Position numbers and translations under genes: made by a program. A stretch of 64,000 nucleotides of DNA from Clostridia bacterium (GTDB taxonomy: Bacteria > Bacillota > Clostridia > Christensenellales > UBA1242), in assembly GCA_045655005.1 (NCBI GenBank), contig JAZOOJ010000019.1, positions 102,335 through 166,334 of the forward strand, given 5' to 3'. The notes under the pieces were generated by a model, which worked only from the letters and a program-made list of their open reading frames with translations, searched no databases and was not told the DNA's origin. Positions within the stretch are counted from its first letter, which is position 1. The number at the start of each line of letters is the position of its first letter. Below are positions 9,498 through 18,815 of this stretch, piece after piece.

Positions 9498-9738
9498 TTG
9501 TCTAAGTTTTGTTTCTATGGAATCCATATTGCGTAGTATGTTTTTATAAAAGTTTCGAATAAATGAGGGGAAAGTAATTAAGAGTGGTTACAGTTATTAA
9601 AATGAACTCAATCGCAATTATTAAAATGGATGGCTTTTGTAAATAAAAAAGCACGAAAAATAATAAAAATTATCAAAACCCCTTTAAATTCGTTACATTA
9701 TGTGTTATAATATGACATAATAAAGAAGGGGGGATTTT

Positions 9739-11442
9739 ATGAAAAAATTATTTATAGCCTTATTAATAGTGTTGGTGGCGATTGTTGGTGTTGGGGTCTA
9801 TTTTGTGATGTCGGGAAGGTATTCTGAACCTAGTTTTACAATTTCAGTTATAGAAAGTGAAGGCGGCGGAACTGTATCGGTAGATAAAACGGACGCTAAT
9901 GCTGGGGATAAAGTGAAATTGACGATCACTCCTGAGTCGGGATATAAGTTAGTTGAGGGTTCTTTAAAATACGGAGATACTGAAATAGAATTAGATAAAG
10001 ACAATTCGTTTAAAATGCCAAGTGAAAATATCGTTATTAAGTATGAATTCGCTTTAATAGAGTATAACATTAATTACATGATTGATGAGCATACAAGTGT
10101 TGAAGGGCTTAAAACTACCTATACTAAAAAAAGCGAAACTCTTGAATTAGGTGAACCATCAAAGAGTGGGTATATATTTGACGGTTGGTATCTTGATAAT
10201 AATCATACTAAAAAAGTAACTTCTATTGAGTCTGGAACGACTGGTAATTATTATTTATATCCAAAGTTTATTGCATTGTTTCAAGTTTCAAACGGACATA
10301 TTGAAGGTTTTTCTGATTATTTAAAGAATTTAGAAAGAGTTGATGTTTTAGAGATTCCAGAAAGAATAGATGGTGTAACCATTGATGGGATTGCAGACGA
10401 GGCCCTGATTTCTGGTGCGAATATATCAAAATTGGAGATTCCGAATACTGTAAAATATTTTGGTGTAAATTGTTTTGGTTTTGGTATAGCAAACAACTTT
10501 AATGAAATTGAATATGTGGGGTCGTTAAATGATTGGGTGGAATCAACTTTTAAGGATTATCCAATTATTCATACCCAAACTTTAAAAATAGATGGAAAAG
10601 AAATCGGTGAATCGCTAAATTTACCAACATCGATTAAAAAAGTTTCAGCAAATGCATTTTATGGGTTCGAACAATTGGAATATGTATTTTATGATGGCTC
10701 AATTGATGAATATGCAAAAATTGAGTTTGAAAATGAATACGCAAGTCCAATGCATTGTGCGGAGAAATTGCACATTAATGGTTATTATGTTGCTGGTGAA
10801 ATAACAATTAGCGGAACAACTTCTATTTATCCAGGTGCGTTTGCCAATTGTGAAGGCATTACTTCTGTAAAGTTTAATATTGAGAGTCCTATGAAGATGG
10901 CAATTAAAAATTCTGCCTTTGAAAATTGCTCAAATCTTAAAGACGTTGAAATGGATAAAGTTATTTTTATTGAAGACAATGCATTTTTTAATTGTACAAA
11001 GCTTCAAGTAGAAACATTGTCATTTGTTGCGCATATAGGTGCGTATGCTTTTTACAATTGTGATAGTATTACCAAGTTAGAATTGGGCATAAGTGGAGGT
11101 GTAACTATTGGAGATTCGGCGTTCGATGATTGTTCGGCATTGAAAGATTTGGTTATTGTTAATGTTGCAACTATTGGTAAACGTTCTTTTAGAGATTGTG
11201 CTTTAACAGGTGTTATGGTTAATGGCGGTTTAACAACTATTGGAGATGGGGCATTCGCTGGGAATCAAGGCATTAGCGTTAATTTATCTAAATGCACAAG
11301 CACTATTCAAGCCGGCAAAAATGTTTTTGATGATTGTGGAAATTTTAAAGTTTGGTTTGCAAGCGAAGCTCTTGCTAATCAATATAAGACGGCTGAAAAT
11401 TGGTCAGAGTACGCCGACAAATTATTTTATATGGCTGGTTAA
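9739..11442 (+). CDS. Membrane-anchored surface protein with Listeria-Bacteroides-type repeat and BspA-like leucine-rich repeats
   Basis: N-terminal TM anchor. GYIFDGWYLD motif (Flg_new / InlB B-repeat type). Repeated xIPxxVxxIGxxAFxxCxxL units typical of BspA-type LRRs. RBS AAGGGGGG. Confidence 0.7.
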   Translation: MKKLFIALLIVLVAIVGVGVYFVMSGRYSEPSFTISVIESEGGGTVSVDKTDANAGDKVKLTITPESGYKLVEGSLKYGDTEIELDKDNSFKMPSENIVIKYEFALIEYNINYMIDEHTSVEGLKTTYTKKSETLELGEPSKSGYIFDGWYLDNNHTKKVTSIESGTTGNYYLYPKFIALFQVSNGHIEGFSDYLKNLERVDVLEIPERIDGVTIDGIADEALISGANISKLEIPNTVKYFGVNCFGFGIANNFNEIEYVGSLNDWVESTFKDYPIIHTQTLKIDGKEIGESLNLPTSIKKVSANAFYGFEQLEYVFYDGSIDEYAKIEFENEYASPMHCAEKLHINGYYVAGEITISGTTSIYPGAFANCEGITSVKFNIESPMKMAIKNSAFENCSNLKDVEMDKVIFIEDNAFFNCTKLQVETLSFVAHIGAYAFYNCDSITKLELGISGGVTIGDSAFDDCSALKDLVIVNVATIGKRSFRDCALTGVMVNGGLTTIGDGAFAGNQGISVNLSKCTSTIQAGKNVFDDCGNFKVWFASEALANQYKTAENWSEYADKLFYMAG

Positions 11443-11473
11443 TATTAAATAATAATTGAAAAAAGGAAATATA

Positions 11474-11505
11474 AAAACCGAATCAAATTAATGATTCGGT
11501 TTTTG
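11474..11505. terminator. Bidirectional terminator
   Basis: Perfect stem aaaaccgaatca / tgattcggtttt between convergent stops at 11442 (+) and 11508 (-). Confidence 0.7.
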
Positions 11506-11507
11506 TT

Positions 11508-12008
11508 TTATTGGTTTTCAGATGGAGATTCTGTATAAGGTTTGGCGTTTAACTCGTTATCTAAGCCTGAGATTTTTCGTTGTTGTAAGTCTATCAAGTT
11601 GTGATAGCTGTTGAAACATTCTTCGTATTTGCAATTTACAAAGTGAGTGTTCATAAATTCAAAAAATGATTTTGTTAAGTTTGGGTCTGTTGCATACAGT
11701 ATGGTGCCGGTGAATGAAAAACCAATATTGTATGTATTTGCTATTATTCGAATATCGATAGGAACAGTTTGAGGTTTTTTAGTAACAGCTTGCATATAGA
11801 GGTAAATATATTTTTGACCATCAATGCCTTGCTGTTTGAACAAACTAAGAGAGGTTGGGTCTAGTTCTAAGTGTGATGCGTCAATATCAAGGAAAGGAAG
11901 TTGTTTGTTTAAGGCTTTTGCGAGTGCAGGTTTTAGATGCTCAAATAATTCAACTTCATTGATGAATTCCATTATTGAAGTTAAATTTGTGTCGTTAAAT
12001 CTGTTCAT
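11508..12008 (-). CDS. Hypothetical protein (166 aa)
   Basis: RBS AGGAAA, bounded by a terminator. No recognisable motif. Confidence 0.55.
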   Translation of the reverse strand: MNRFNDTNLTSIMEFINEVELFEHLKPALAKALNKQLPFLDIDASHLELDPTSLSLFKQQGIDGQKYIYLYMQAVTKKPQTVPIDIRIIANTYNIGFSFTGTILYATDPNLTKSFFEFMNTHFVNCKYEECFNSYHNLIDLQQRKISGLDNELNAKPYTESPSENQ

Positions 12009-12152
12009 ATATTAATTTTTCCTAATGAAGTAATATATAGCATAGTTTATAATTAATGTCAATAGAAACATTTAAAATATAAAATGGAAATACTTGATTT
12101 TAAGTCTGATTTTTTGTAGAATATAAATAAAAAAGAATTGGAGAAAGTACAA

Positions 12153-12824
12153 ATGGATAAAAAGAATAAGTTTCCGTTGTTTTCATTAATTATGCTGTGC
12201 GTTGGGGTGGGGCTTATTTTATTTGGGGCAATTGCACCTGCTAAGATGTTTTCTGGTAATAATACATATGTGGTTGAATTTGATAGGTCTGGGTTTGATA
12301 ATATGAGGTTAAGGATAACTTTAAACACTGATGAGGCAATTAATCCAACAATAACGGCGTTAATACACGAAGAAGAAATTTATGTAATAGTTAAACAAAC
12401 CGAAACTGGGATGTATAAAGGAAGCGCGTCTATTGACAGAGATAAATATTTTATGTCAAGAGAAGATGATGTTAGTGTAATAGTGTCGGACAAAGAAGGC
12501 AAGACTATTAATTTTAAACAAAAAAATGAGTTTGGGGAGACGAGCGGAAGGATTATTTTAACAACATTACCAATATTCTTTGGAATTTTTATTACCATAC
12601 TTGCTCTTGTTTTAGGCGTTGCAGTAAAGCATAGAAATGGGTTGAAAAAGGCATTTAATGGAACAGTAAGTGCTGTTGCTGGTGCGGTTGGAACAATTTC
12701 GCAGGCAATAACGCCAAAAAATGATGAAAAATATTGTGAATATTGTGAGTGCTATAATGAAAAAGACGCTCAAAAATGCAAATATTGCGGAGCACCATTA
12801 AAAAATTATAAAAAGGAGAAATAA
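12153..12824 (+). CDS. Membrane protein with C-terminal zinc ribbon
   Basis: Start at ATG 12153 (GGAGA 8 nt upstream; ORF track TTG 12138). Two TM helices. C-terminal CEYC-x10-CKYC. Confidence 0.55.
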   Translation: MDKKNKFPLFSLIMLCVGVGLILFGAIAPAKMFSGNNTYVVEFDRSGFDNMRLRITLNTDEAINPTITALIHEEEIYVIVKQTETGMYKGSASIDRDKYFMSREDDVSVIVSDKEGKTINFKQKNEFGETSGRIILTTLPIFFGIFITILALVLGVAVKHRNGLKKAFNGTVSAVAGAVGTISQAITPKNDEKYCEYCECYNEKDAQKCKYCGAPLKNYKKEK

Positions 12825-12826
12825 TT

Positions 12827-13678
12827 ATGGAAAAAAGAACTTGTAAAAAGTGCGGAGTCAATTATTATTATGATTCAGAATATTGTTATGGGTGTTTAAG
12901 AAAGATGGAATTGGATGAAATATCGTCGTTGACGGATGATGAAATTCAGAATGAATATCTCAAAATTGCACATAAAATTATTGAAACAGGAGAGTTGGAC
13001 AAAGAGTTAAGAAAAAGATTAATCACATTAATGATGGCTTGTGAAAAAGTAAATCCGCAATTGCAGGTGGTGTGTGCTAAGTTTAAAATTTATGAAGTGC
13101 CGGAAGTATTTATCGGAGCAGAAAAGGTTGTTGTTGATAAACTTAACGAAATGTGGCTTGAAGACGGAAAGAAGGATTATAAATTAAGAACGGCGTTGGA
13201 AATGGCTACGGGTGAAGAAGAAAGTATAGCTAGATGTAGTAAAGAATGTTATGAATTAATCCTTGATGATTTTGAGATAGATGACTATGATATTTCAAAG
13301 ATAAAACTTAATATAGTTACACCAGATGGGGAAACAATTTCTATTAAAGACTTTTGGGGACCATTCATTGATGAAGATTGTCTGCCTTATGAGATGATGG
13401 GCAAAAAAAGGAAAGATAATGGCAAAGAGGCAACTTACAGAGTTGGTAAGCGAATTTCTGCATTCCTTCCAAGATTGTCTGAATTTGAAGAGGTTAATGC
13501 ATATGGTGGTTACGCTGCATGGGATTTTGACGATTTTGAAAGTTGTGAAAAATGCGATGGAGAGTTGGAACATATTGCTCAAATAAGTGGCGTGCCATTC
13601 CATTTTGATGATGGTAATTTCTTTATCTCTAAGTGTAAAGATTGTGGCAAGTATGTTGTTCAGTATTTTCAAACATAA
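12827..13678 (+). CDS. Hypothetical protein with N- and C-terminal CxxC zinc-ribbon pairs
   Basis: RBS AAGGAGA, 2-nt gap from the previous gene. CKKC-x12-CYGC at the N-terminus, CEKC ... CKDC at the C-terminus. Confidence 0.55.
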   Translation: MEKRTCKKCGVNYYYDSEYCYGCLRKMELDEISSLTDDEIQNEYLKIAHKIIETGELDKELRKRLITLMMACEKVNPQLQVVCAKFKIYEVPEVFIGAEKVVVDKLNEMWLEDGKKDYKLRTALEMATGEEESIARCSKECYELILDDFEIDDYDISKIKLNIVTPDGETISIKDFWGPFIDEDCLPYEMMGKKRKDNGKEATYRVGKRISAFLPRLSEFEEVNAYGGYAAWDFDDFESCEKCDGELEHIAQISGVPFHFDDGNFFISKCKDCGKYVVQYFQT

Positions 13679-13682
13679 AAAT

Positions 13683-13715
13683 AAAAACATCCGTTTATAA
13701 TTGGCGGATGTTTTT
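13683..13715 (+). terminator. Rho-independent terminator
   Basis: Perfect stem aaaaacatccg / cggatgttttt followed by a T-run. Confidence 0.7.
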
Positions 13716-13803
13716 ATTAATAAAATTTATGGAGAGTTTGAATTTATTTTTAAATGTTTAAATATTGTGATAAAATAATTGTAGTAAATTTGGAGGTGGC
13801 TAT

Positions 13804-14835
13804 ATGCAAAATAGGGTTACAAAAGAGGGCGATTTATTGGATGAAAAAGGGAGACTTGTTGAATGTGGATATGCAACAAGTCTTGTAAAAAAGTATGACA
13901 GGTCAAAGATTAAGGCGGGAAAACTTAGAATAAAAGAATGGGATTATTATTTAATTTACAACAATGATTATGCTGTTGCAATTACTGTTGATGACAATTC
14001 GTATATGGGATTAAACTCGCTTAGTTTAATTGATTTTAAAGAAGCAAAAGAAATAACTAAAAGTCCTATGGCTTTTATGACAAATGGTAAGACTAATTTT
14101 CCACCTACGTCTAAAATTGGAGATGTGAAAGTTGAGAATAAAAATTATAAGATTGAAATCCTAAATGATGGAATGACTAGAAAAATTTATGCCTTTATGA
14201 AAAATTTTAAAGATGGTAAAGATATTTCTTGTGAGTTTGTTTTAACTGATGAACCAAAAGATAGTATGGTTATTATGACGCCATTTAAAGAAAAAGAAAC
14301 GGCGTTCTATTACAATCAAAAAATTGTTGGAATGAAAGCGGTTGGAAGGGTTAGTCTTGGTAATGATGTAATAGAATTTGGCGAAAGTACCCGTGCTATT
14401 CTTGACTGGGGTAGAGGCGTTTGGTCCTATAAAAATACTTGGTATTGGGGAGCAGGATGTGGCGTTGTTGATGGCTGTGAAGTCGGTTTTAATATTGGCT
14501 ATGGATTTGGGGATACATCGAATGCAAGTGAGAATATGATTTTTGTAAATGGTGTTGCACATAAACTTGAAGATGTTGTGTTCAATATTCCAAAAGATAG
14601 CAAAGGGAAAGATGATTTTATGAGTCCTTGGACATTTACTTCAAGCGACGGAAGGTTTGAAATGTCTTTTAGGCCGATTATTGACAGGCATTCTAATGCT
14701 AATGTTGTAGTAATTAGCAGTAATCAGCATCAAGTGTTTGGTGAGTTTAGTGGGACAATGATTTTAGATGATGGTAGAAAAATTCAATTAGACAATTTTT
14801 TAGGTTTTGCTGAAAAAGTAGTTAATAAGTGGTAA
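13804..14835 (+). CDS. DUF2804-like protein
   Basis: RBS GGAGG. Size (343 aa) and the RIKEWDYYLI motif fit my memory of DUF2804 proteins. Unverified. Confidence 0.45.
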   Translation: MQNRVTKEGDLLDEKGRLVECGYATSLVKKYDRSKIKAGKLRIKEWDYYLIYNNDYAVAITVDDNSYMGLNSLSLIDFKEAKEITKSPMAFMTNGKTNFPPTSKIGDVKVENKNYKIEILNDGMTRKIYAFMKNFKDGKDISCEFVLTDEPKDSMVIMTPFKEKETAFYYNQKIVGMKAVGRVSLGNDVIEFGESTRAILDWGRGVWSYKNTWYWGAGCGVVDGCEVGFNIGYGFGDTSNASENMIFVNGVAHKLEDVVFNIPKDSKGKDDFMSPWTFTSSDGRFEMSFRPIIDRHSNANVVVISSNQHQVFGEFSGTMILDDGRKIQLDNFLGFAEKVVNKW

Positions 14836-14852
14836 GAGATATTAAAAAATTA

Positions 14853-14888
14853 AAAGAGAGCCTTGGTATTTTAGATGCTCTCTTTTTT
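14853..14888. terminator. Bidirectional terminator
   Basis: Stem aaagagagc / gctctcttt with T-run, between convergent stops at 14835 (+) and 14894 (-). Confidence 0.6.
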
Positions 14889-14893
14889 ATAAG

Positions 14894-15880
14894 TTAATAA
14901 ATCAAATATGGGTTGTTTATTGCAGATAAGCGTTCGTGCGCTATGTCTGTCATAAGTTGAATCTCCTCAATTTTTTTAGTAAAAAGCTCGGTAATAGTAG
15001 CTATATTTTTAATTATAAAGTTGTGGATATGATTTAAATTGCTGTTTGCAAATGAAGAATTTATATAAAGATTAAACAAGTTGTTGTATTGATCTACTAT
15101 TGATTTTGTTATGTCTTGTGCATTAATGTTATTTGGTATTACATTGGCATTAATAAAATACAAACAAAACATATTTTCAAGCGGGAAATATTTTTTACGA
15201 ACTTGGTTTATTTCGTTCATTGATGTGTGTACAGCGTCAATTATTGATGGAGTTATATATGAAGAATGTGTAAAAGGTACTAAAATCTTATTTTCTTGTA
15301 ATGAATTTAATAAATAGTCGTAAATAGATGTGAACAACAAAACCATTTTATGATTTTCGGTTGGCGGGGATTCAAGTCCTGAAAATAGTCGTTCTAAGTA
15401 ATTCTTTTGGTAAATGTATTGTCCATTTTTGTATACAGTGTCTAATAACTCGTAAGGAGTTGTTCGGATAGAGCCTATTTTAAATCTTTTATCTTTATCT
15501 TGCCAGTTTGGATTGTTGTTTAGGTAGTCGATAAAAATTTGCTCTTCGTGAAGTTTATTTTTATTGTCCTTGGTTGTACTATAAAATGCATTAACCCAGT
15601 TCTCGTGAAATCTATGGTGACAATCTAAGTTTATTTTGTGAATGGCAGAAAACCTGCTTTTGTTTATGCAAATATTGTTTTCTTTTATTACAGATGTCAA
15701 TTCAAAGTCGCCACTTTCAATAAACATAACTTTTGAAGTTGTATTACAGTTCTTACCAGTTAGGGCTGCTTGGTGGATTGAATTTAATAGTTGCTCAAGT
15801 GCTTTGAAGTCAAGAGTTATTGAATTAAAATAGTTGGTTAAAAATTCTTTTGCTCTGACATGAGATAAATTTGTATTCAT
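14894..15880 (-). CDS. Hypothetical protein (328 aa)
   Basis: RBS AAGGAAA. No TM helices and no recognisable motif. Confidence 0.55.
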   Translation of the reverse strand: MNTNLSHVRAKEFLTNYFNSITLDFKALEQLLNSIHQAALTGKNCNTTSKVMFIESGDFELTSVIKENNICINKSRFSAIHKINLDCHHRFHENWVNAFYSTTKDNKNKLHEEQIFIDYLNNNPNWQDKDKRFKIGSIRTTPYELLDTVYKNGQYIYQKNYLERLFSGLESPPTENHKMVLLFTSIYDYLLNSLQENKILVPFTHSSYITPSIIDAVHTSMNEINQVRKKYFPLENMFCLYFINANVIPNNINAQDITKSIVDQYNNLFNLYINSSFANSNLNHIHNFIIKNIATITELFTKKIEEIQLMTDIAHERLSAINNPYLIY

Positions 15881-16049
15881 AAAATTTTCCTTGTGAAATA
15901 GTGATATTATTATATCAAAAATTGGACGTTTTGTAAATAATTGTTGGGTGAAATCTGTGAATTTATAAAAACAACTTTTTAATTGTTGATTAAAGTGAAT
16001 GAATTAGATATACTTATTGTGTTAACTAATTTTATGGGGGTAACTAGTT

Positions 16050-16322
16050 ATGATACACTCACTTGCTGGTGGCGAGATTAGAGAACTTTTGTGTGCAGAT
16101 TTTGCAAAGGTTGAAATTGTTGAGGACGGTGCATTTAAAGGCAATAAGCTATGGTATATTTGCGAAATAAAAGATGCCAAGGCGGGGGATTTTGTGCTGG
16201 CTCCGATAGGTGCTTACAATCGTCTTTATAAAGCAAAGATTGAAAGAATTGATAAACAAGTTAATTCACAAGTTTCTCCAATTCCATTTAAAAGAGCAAA
16301 GAAAATCGTAAAGATAAAGTAA
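16050..16322 (+). CDS. Hypothetical small protein (90 aa)
   Basis: RBS GGGGG upstream of ATG, terminator immediately downstream. Confidence 0.5.
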   Translation: MIHSLAGGEIRELLCADFAKVEIVEDGAFKGNKLWYICEIKDAKAGDFVLAPIGAYNRLYKAKIERIDKQVNSQVSPIPFKRAKKIVKIK

Positions 16323-16360
16323 CAGCAAGCGAAATTTAATCGCTTGCTGTTATTTTGTTT
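16321..16360. terminator. Bidirectional terminator
   Basis: Perfect 11-bp stem aacagcaagcg / cgcttgctgtt followed by attttgtttt, between stops at 16322 (+) and 16386 (-). Confidence 0.7.
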
Positions 16361-16385
16361 TAAAACCATCTTATATGGTTGTTGA

Positions 16386-18155
16386 TTATACATCTTCGCT
16401 TTGCATAATTTCTTTCTTTTGCTTATCATAAAGGGCTTTGTATGTTTCGTTTGTTAGCATTAATTCTTTGTGTGTGCCGTGTGCTACAATAGAGCCTTTA
16501 TCTATATAGAAAATTTCATCGCAATCTTCAATTGTTGAAAGCCTGTGGGCAATAGTAATAATTGTTTTTTTGCTTTTTAATTTGTCAACTGAAGCAATAA
16601 CTTTTTCTTGTGAAAGATTATCTAATGAACTTGTTGCTTCGTCAAAAATTATGACTTTTGCATCTTTTAGTAATGCTCTTGCTATGCAAATTCTTTGTTT
16701 TTGACCGCCAGATAATCGTGTTCCACCTTCACCAAGGTAACTGTCTAAGCGATTTGGTAGTGCCCATACAAACTCGAATGCGTTACTTAGTTGTAAGACC
16801 TCGTAAATTTCTTCGTCTGTGGCATCAGGTTTTACAAGCTTCATATTTTCTCTAATTGTCATATTAAATAGGTATGGGAATTGGTTTATCATCGTGATTT
16901 GCTTGAAGAAATTTTCACTTAATGTTTCGTCGTTTTTGTTGTCATATTTAATATTACCACTTGTTGGGGTATAAAGTTTACAAATAAGGCTGACTATTGT
17001 AGATTTACCACAACCACTTTCGCCGACAAATGCAACATGGGTGTTGCGTTTAATTTTAAAACTTACGTTACTTAAAACATTAGAATGTGGAGTATAGCCA
17101 AAACTTACATTTTGGAATTCAATGTTGCCACGATATTCAGGAAGGTCTTCTGTTCCGTACTTGTTGAATTGATACTTAACACCGTCCTTTAAGTCAAAAA
17201 CACGCCAAGCAGAGACTTCGATTTCTTTTAAGTAGTTTTGTAAGTTCCCCAAGTGAACAGCAAATTCCATAACGTGAGATTTATATACATATGCGGTATA
17301 GAATATGGCAATTGCAATAAATCCTCTTTGCATCAGCGTTATGCAAAGCATTACGAATAGCAGGTTGCACACGATACTTACAAAACTTGCAAATGCACAC
17401 AGAGCAATTCCGACATACCATTCTTTATTGTCTGCATGCATAAATTCTGTTTGTTGAGTTTCTATTTGATTTAATAAACTTTGTTGCATATCAAGAGTCT
17501 TTATATCTTTGATGCCTCGAATAGTTTCGCCAATTGTGCTATTTACAGTTTCACTTTTTTTGTGAACGATTGGTTTTAATATTGAAAAGTAATGTATTCT
17601 TACTTGGTAAACATAATATCTCACAATTATAAATAAAAGTAGGAAAGCACCGAGCCAAATATTTATGATTGAAATATACACCAGAAAGCCAATCTTACTC
17701 ATAAATGAAACAATAGTTTCGCTGATTGATTTAAATGAGTTGGATAGTGAATTTAAATCGCTTGTAAGCCTTGTAATAAACACGCCGTTACCCAATTTTT
17801 CATATTGGCCAATGTTAATATTAAATGAACTGTTTACAATATCAATTTTTACATCAAGCTTAACCTTGTTTTCTAGCATTTTAAAAAATGGGGTTTGCAA
17901 AACGCTAAAAAATAAGTTTATAAATTCTAAACCAAACAAAGTCCAGGCGTAATTAAGTGCAGAATCAAAATTAGCACTTGCTATTTCACTTATAATATTA
18001 CCAAGTATCACTGGGATAAAAAATCCAATAACACCGCAAATAATAAGCATAGACCAAAAGCCCAAGCAAAGCCATTTATATTTTTTAAAATATTTTAGGT
18101 ATTTGCTTAGGTTTTTTAAACCTTTTATTCTTTCTTCTTTTGTAACAATTGCCAT
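16386..18155 (-). CDS. ABC exporter, fused permease/ATP-binding protein (MsbA/MdlB type)
   Basis: Six N-terminal TM helices. Walker A GESGCGKST, signature LSGGQKQRICIARAL, Walker B IIFDEATSSLD. Confidence 0.85.
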   Translation of the reverse strand: MAIVTKEERIKGLKNLSKYLKYFKKYKWLCLGFWSMLIICGVIGFFIPVILGNIISEIASANFDSALNYAWTLFGLEFINLFFSVLQTPFFKMLENKVKLDVKIDIVNSSFNINIGQYEKLGNGVFITRLTSDLNSLSNSFKSISETIVSFMSKIGFLVYISIINIWLGAFLLLFIIVRYYVYQVRIHYFSILKPIVHKKSETVNSTIGETIRGIKDIKTLDMQQSLLNQIETQQTEFMHADNKEWYVGIALCAFASFVSIVCNLLFVMLCITLMQRGFIAIAIFYTAYVYKSHVMEFAVHLGNLQNYLKEIEVSAWRVFDLKDGVKYQFNKYGTEDLPEYRGNIEFQNVSFGYTPHSNVLSNVSFKIKRNTHVAFVGESGCGKSTIVSLICKLYTPTSGNIKYDNKNDETLSENFFKQITMINQFPYLFNMTIRENMKLVKPDATDEEIYEVLQLSNAFEFVWALPNRLDSYLGEGGTRLSGGQKQRICIARALLKDAKVIIFDEATSSLDNLSQEKVIASVDKLKSKKTIITIAHRLSTIEDCDEIFYIDKGSIVAHGTHKELMLTNETYKALYDKQKKEIMQSEDV

Positions 18156-18263
18156 AATTCACCTATCTTTTATTATTAAGTAATAACAATAAAATGATGT
18201 TTTAACTATGATTTATTATAGCAAATTAAATCATGGTTTCAAAACACTTTTTGATGACAAAAT

Positions 18264-18300
18264 AAAAACTATGACATAAAATTTGTCATAGTTTTTATTT
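18264..18300 (-). terminator. Terminator after trmL
   Basis: Perfect 13-bp stem aaaaactatgaca / tgtcatagttttt flanked by A/T runs, just downstream of the trmL stop (18306). Confidence 0.65.
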
Positions 18301-18305
18301 TTTAT

Positions 18306-18794
18306 TTAATCAATTCTGCCGGTTAGGTGTCCTGTGTCTTTAAGGTTTGCAAAGTTGTTTTGGCGAAGTGCTTCGTAAAGAATAATTGCAACTGAATTTG
18401 AAAGATTTAAACTTCTTGCGGAGTCAATCATTGGTATTCTTATGCAATCTTCGTAATGCTCTTTTAAAATGCTTTCACGAATTCCAAAACTTTCTTTACC
18501 AAAAACAATGAAACAGTCGTCAGGGTAGTGAACATCGGCATAGGTTTTGTTTGACTTTGTGCTTGCAAAGAAAAATTGCTTGTCTTTGTTTTGTTCGTAC
18601 AAATCTTCAAAACTGTCAATTACAGTAAAATCAGCATCTTTTAAATAATCCATTCCGGCACGCTTGAAATGTTTGTCGTCAAGGACGAACCCCAAAGGTT
18701 TTACCATATAGAGCTTTGTGTTTGTTGCCATACATGTTCTTATAATATTTCCAGCATTTTGTGGAATTTCTGGTTCAATTAATACAATATTCAT
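18306..18794 (-). CDS. trmL: tRNA (cytidine/uridine-2'-O)-methyltransferase, SpoU/TrmL type
   Basis: MNIVLIEPEIPQNAGNIIRTC N-terminus and the C-terminal SLNLSNSVAI knot motif typical of TrmL (YibK). Confidence 0.75.
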   Translation of the reverse strand: MNIVLIEPEIPQNAGNIIRTCMATNTKLYMVKPLGFVLDDKHFKRAGMDYLKDADFTVIDSFEDLYEQNKDKQFFFASTKSNKTYADVHYPDDCFIVFGKESFGIRESILKEHYEDCIRIPMIDSARSLNLSNSVAIILYEALRQNNFANLKDTGHLTGRID

Positions 18795-18815
18795 TTTGAC
18801 TAATCCATTAACTAA

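Noticed and set aside
9320-9505. 61-aa ORF on the plus strand
   Set aside because: It is the tRNA-Leu gene and its terminator read as protein. It has no RBS.
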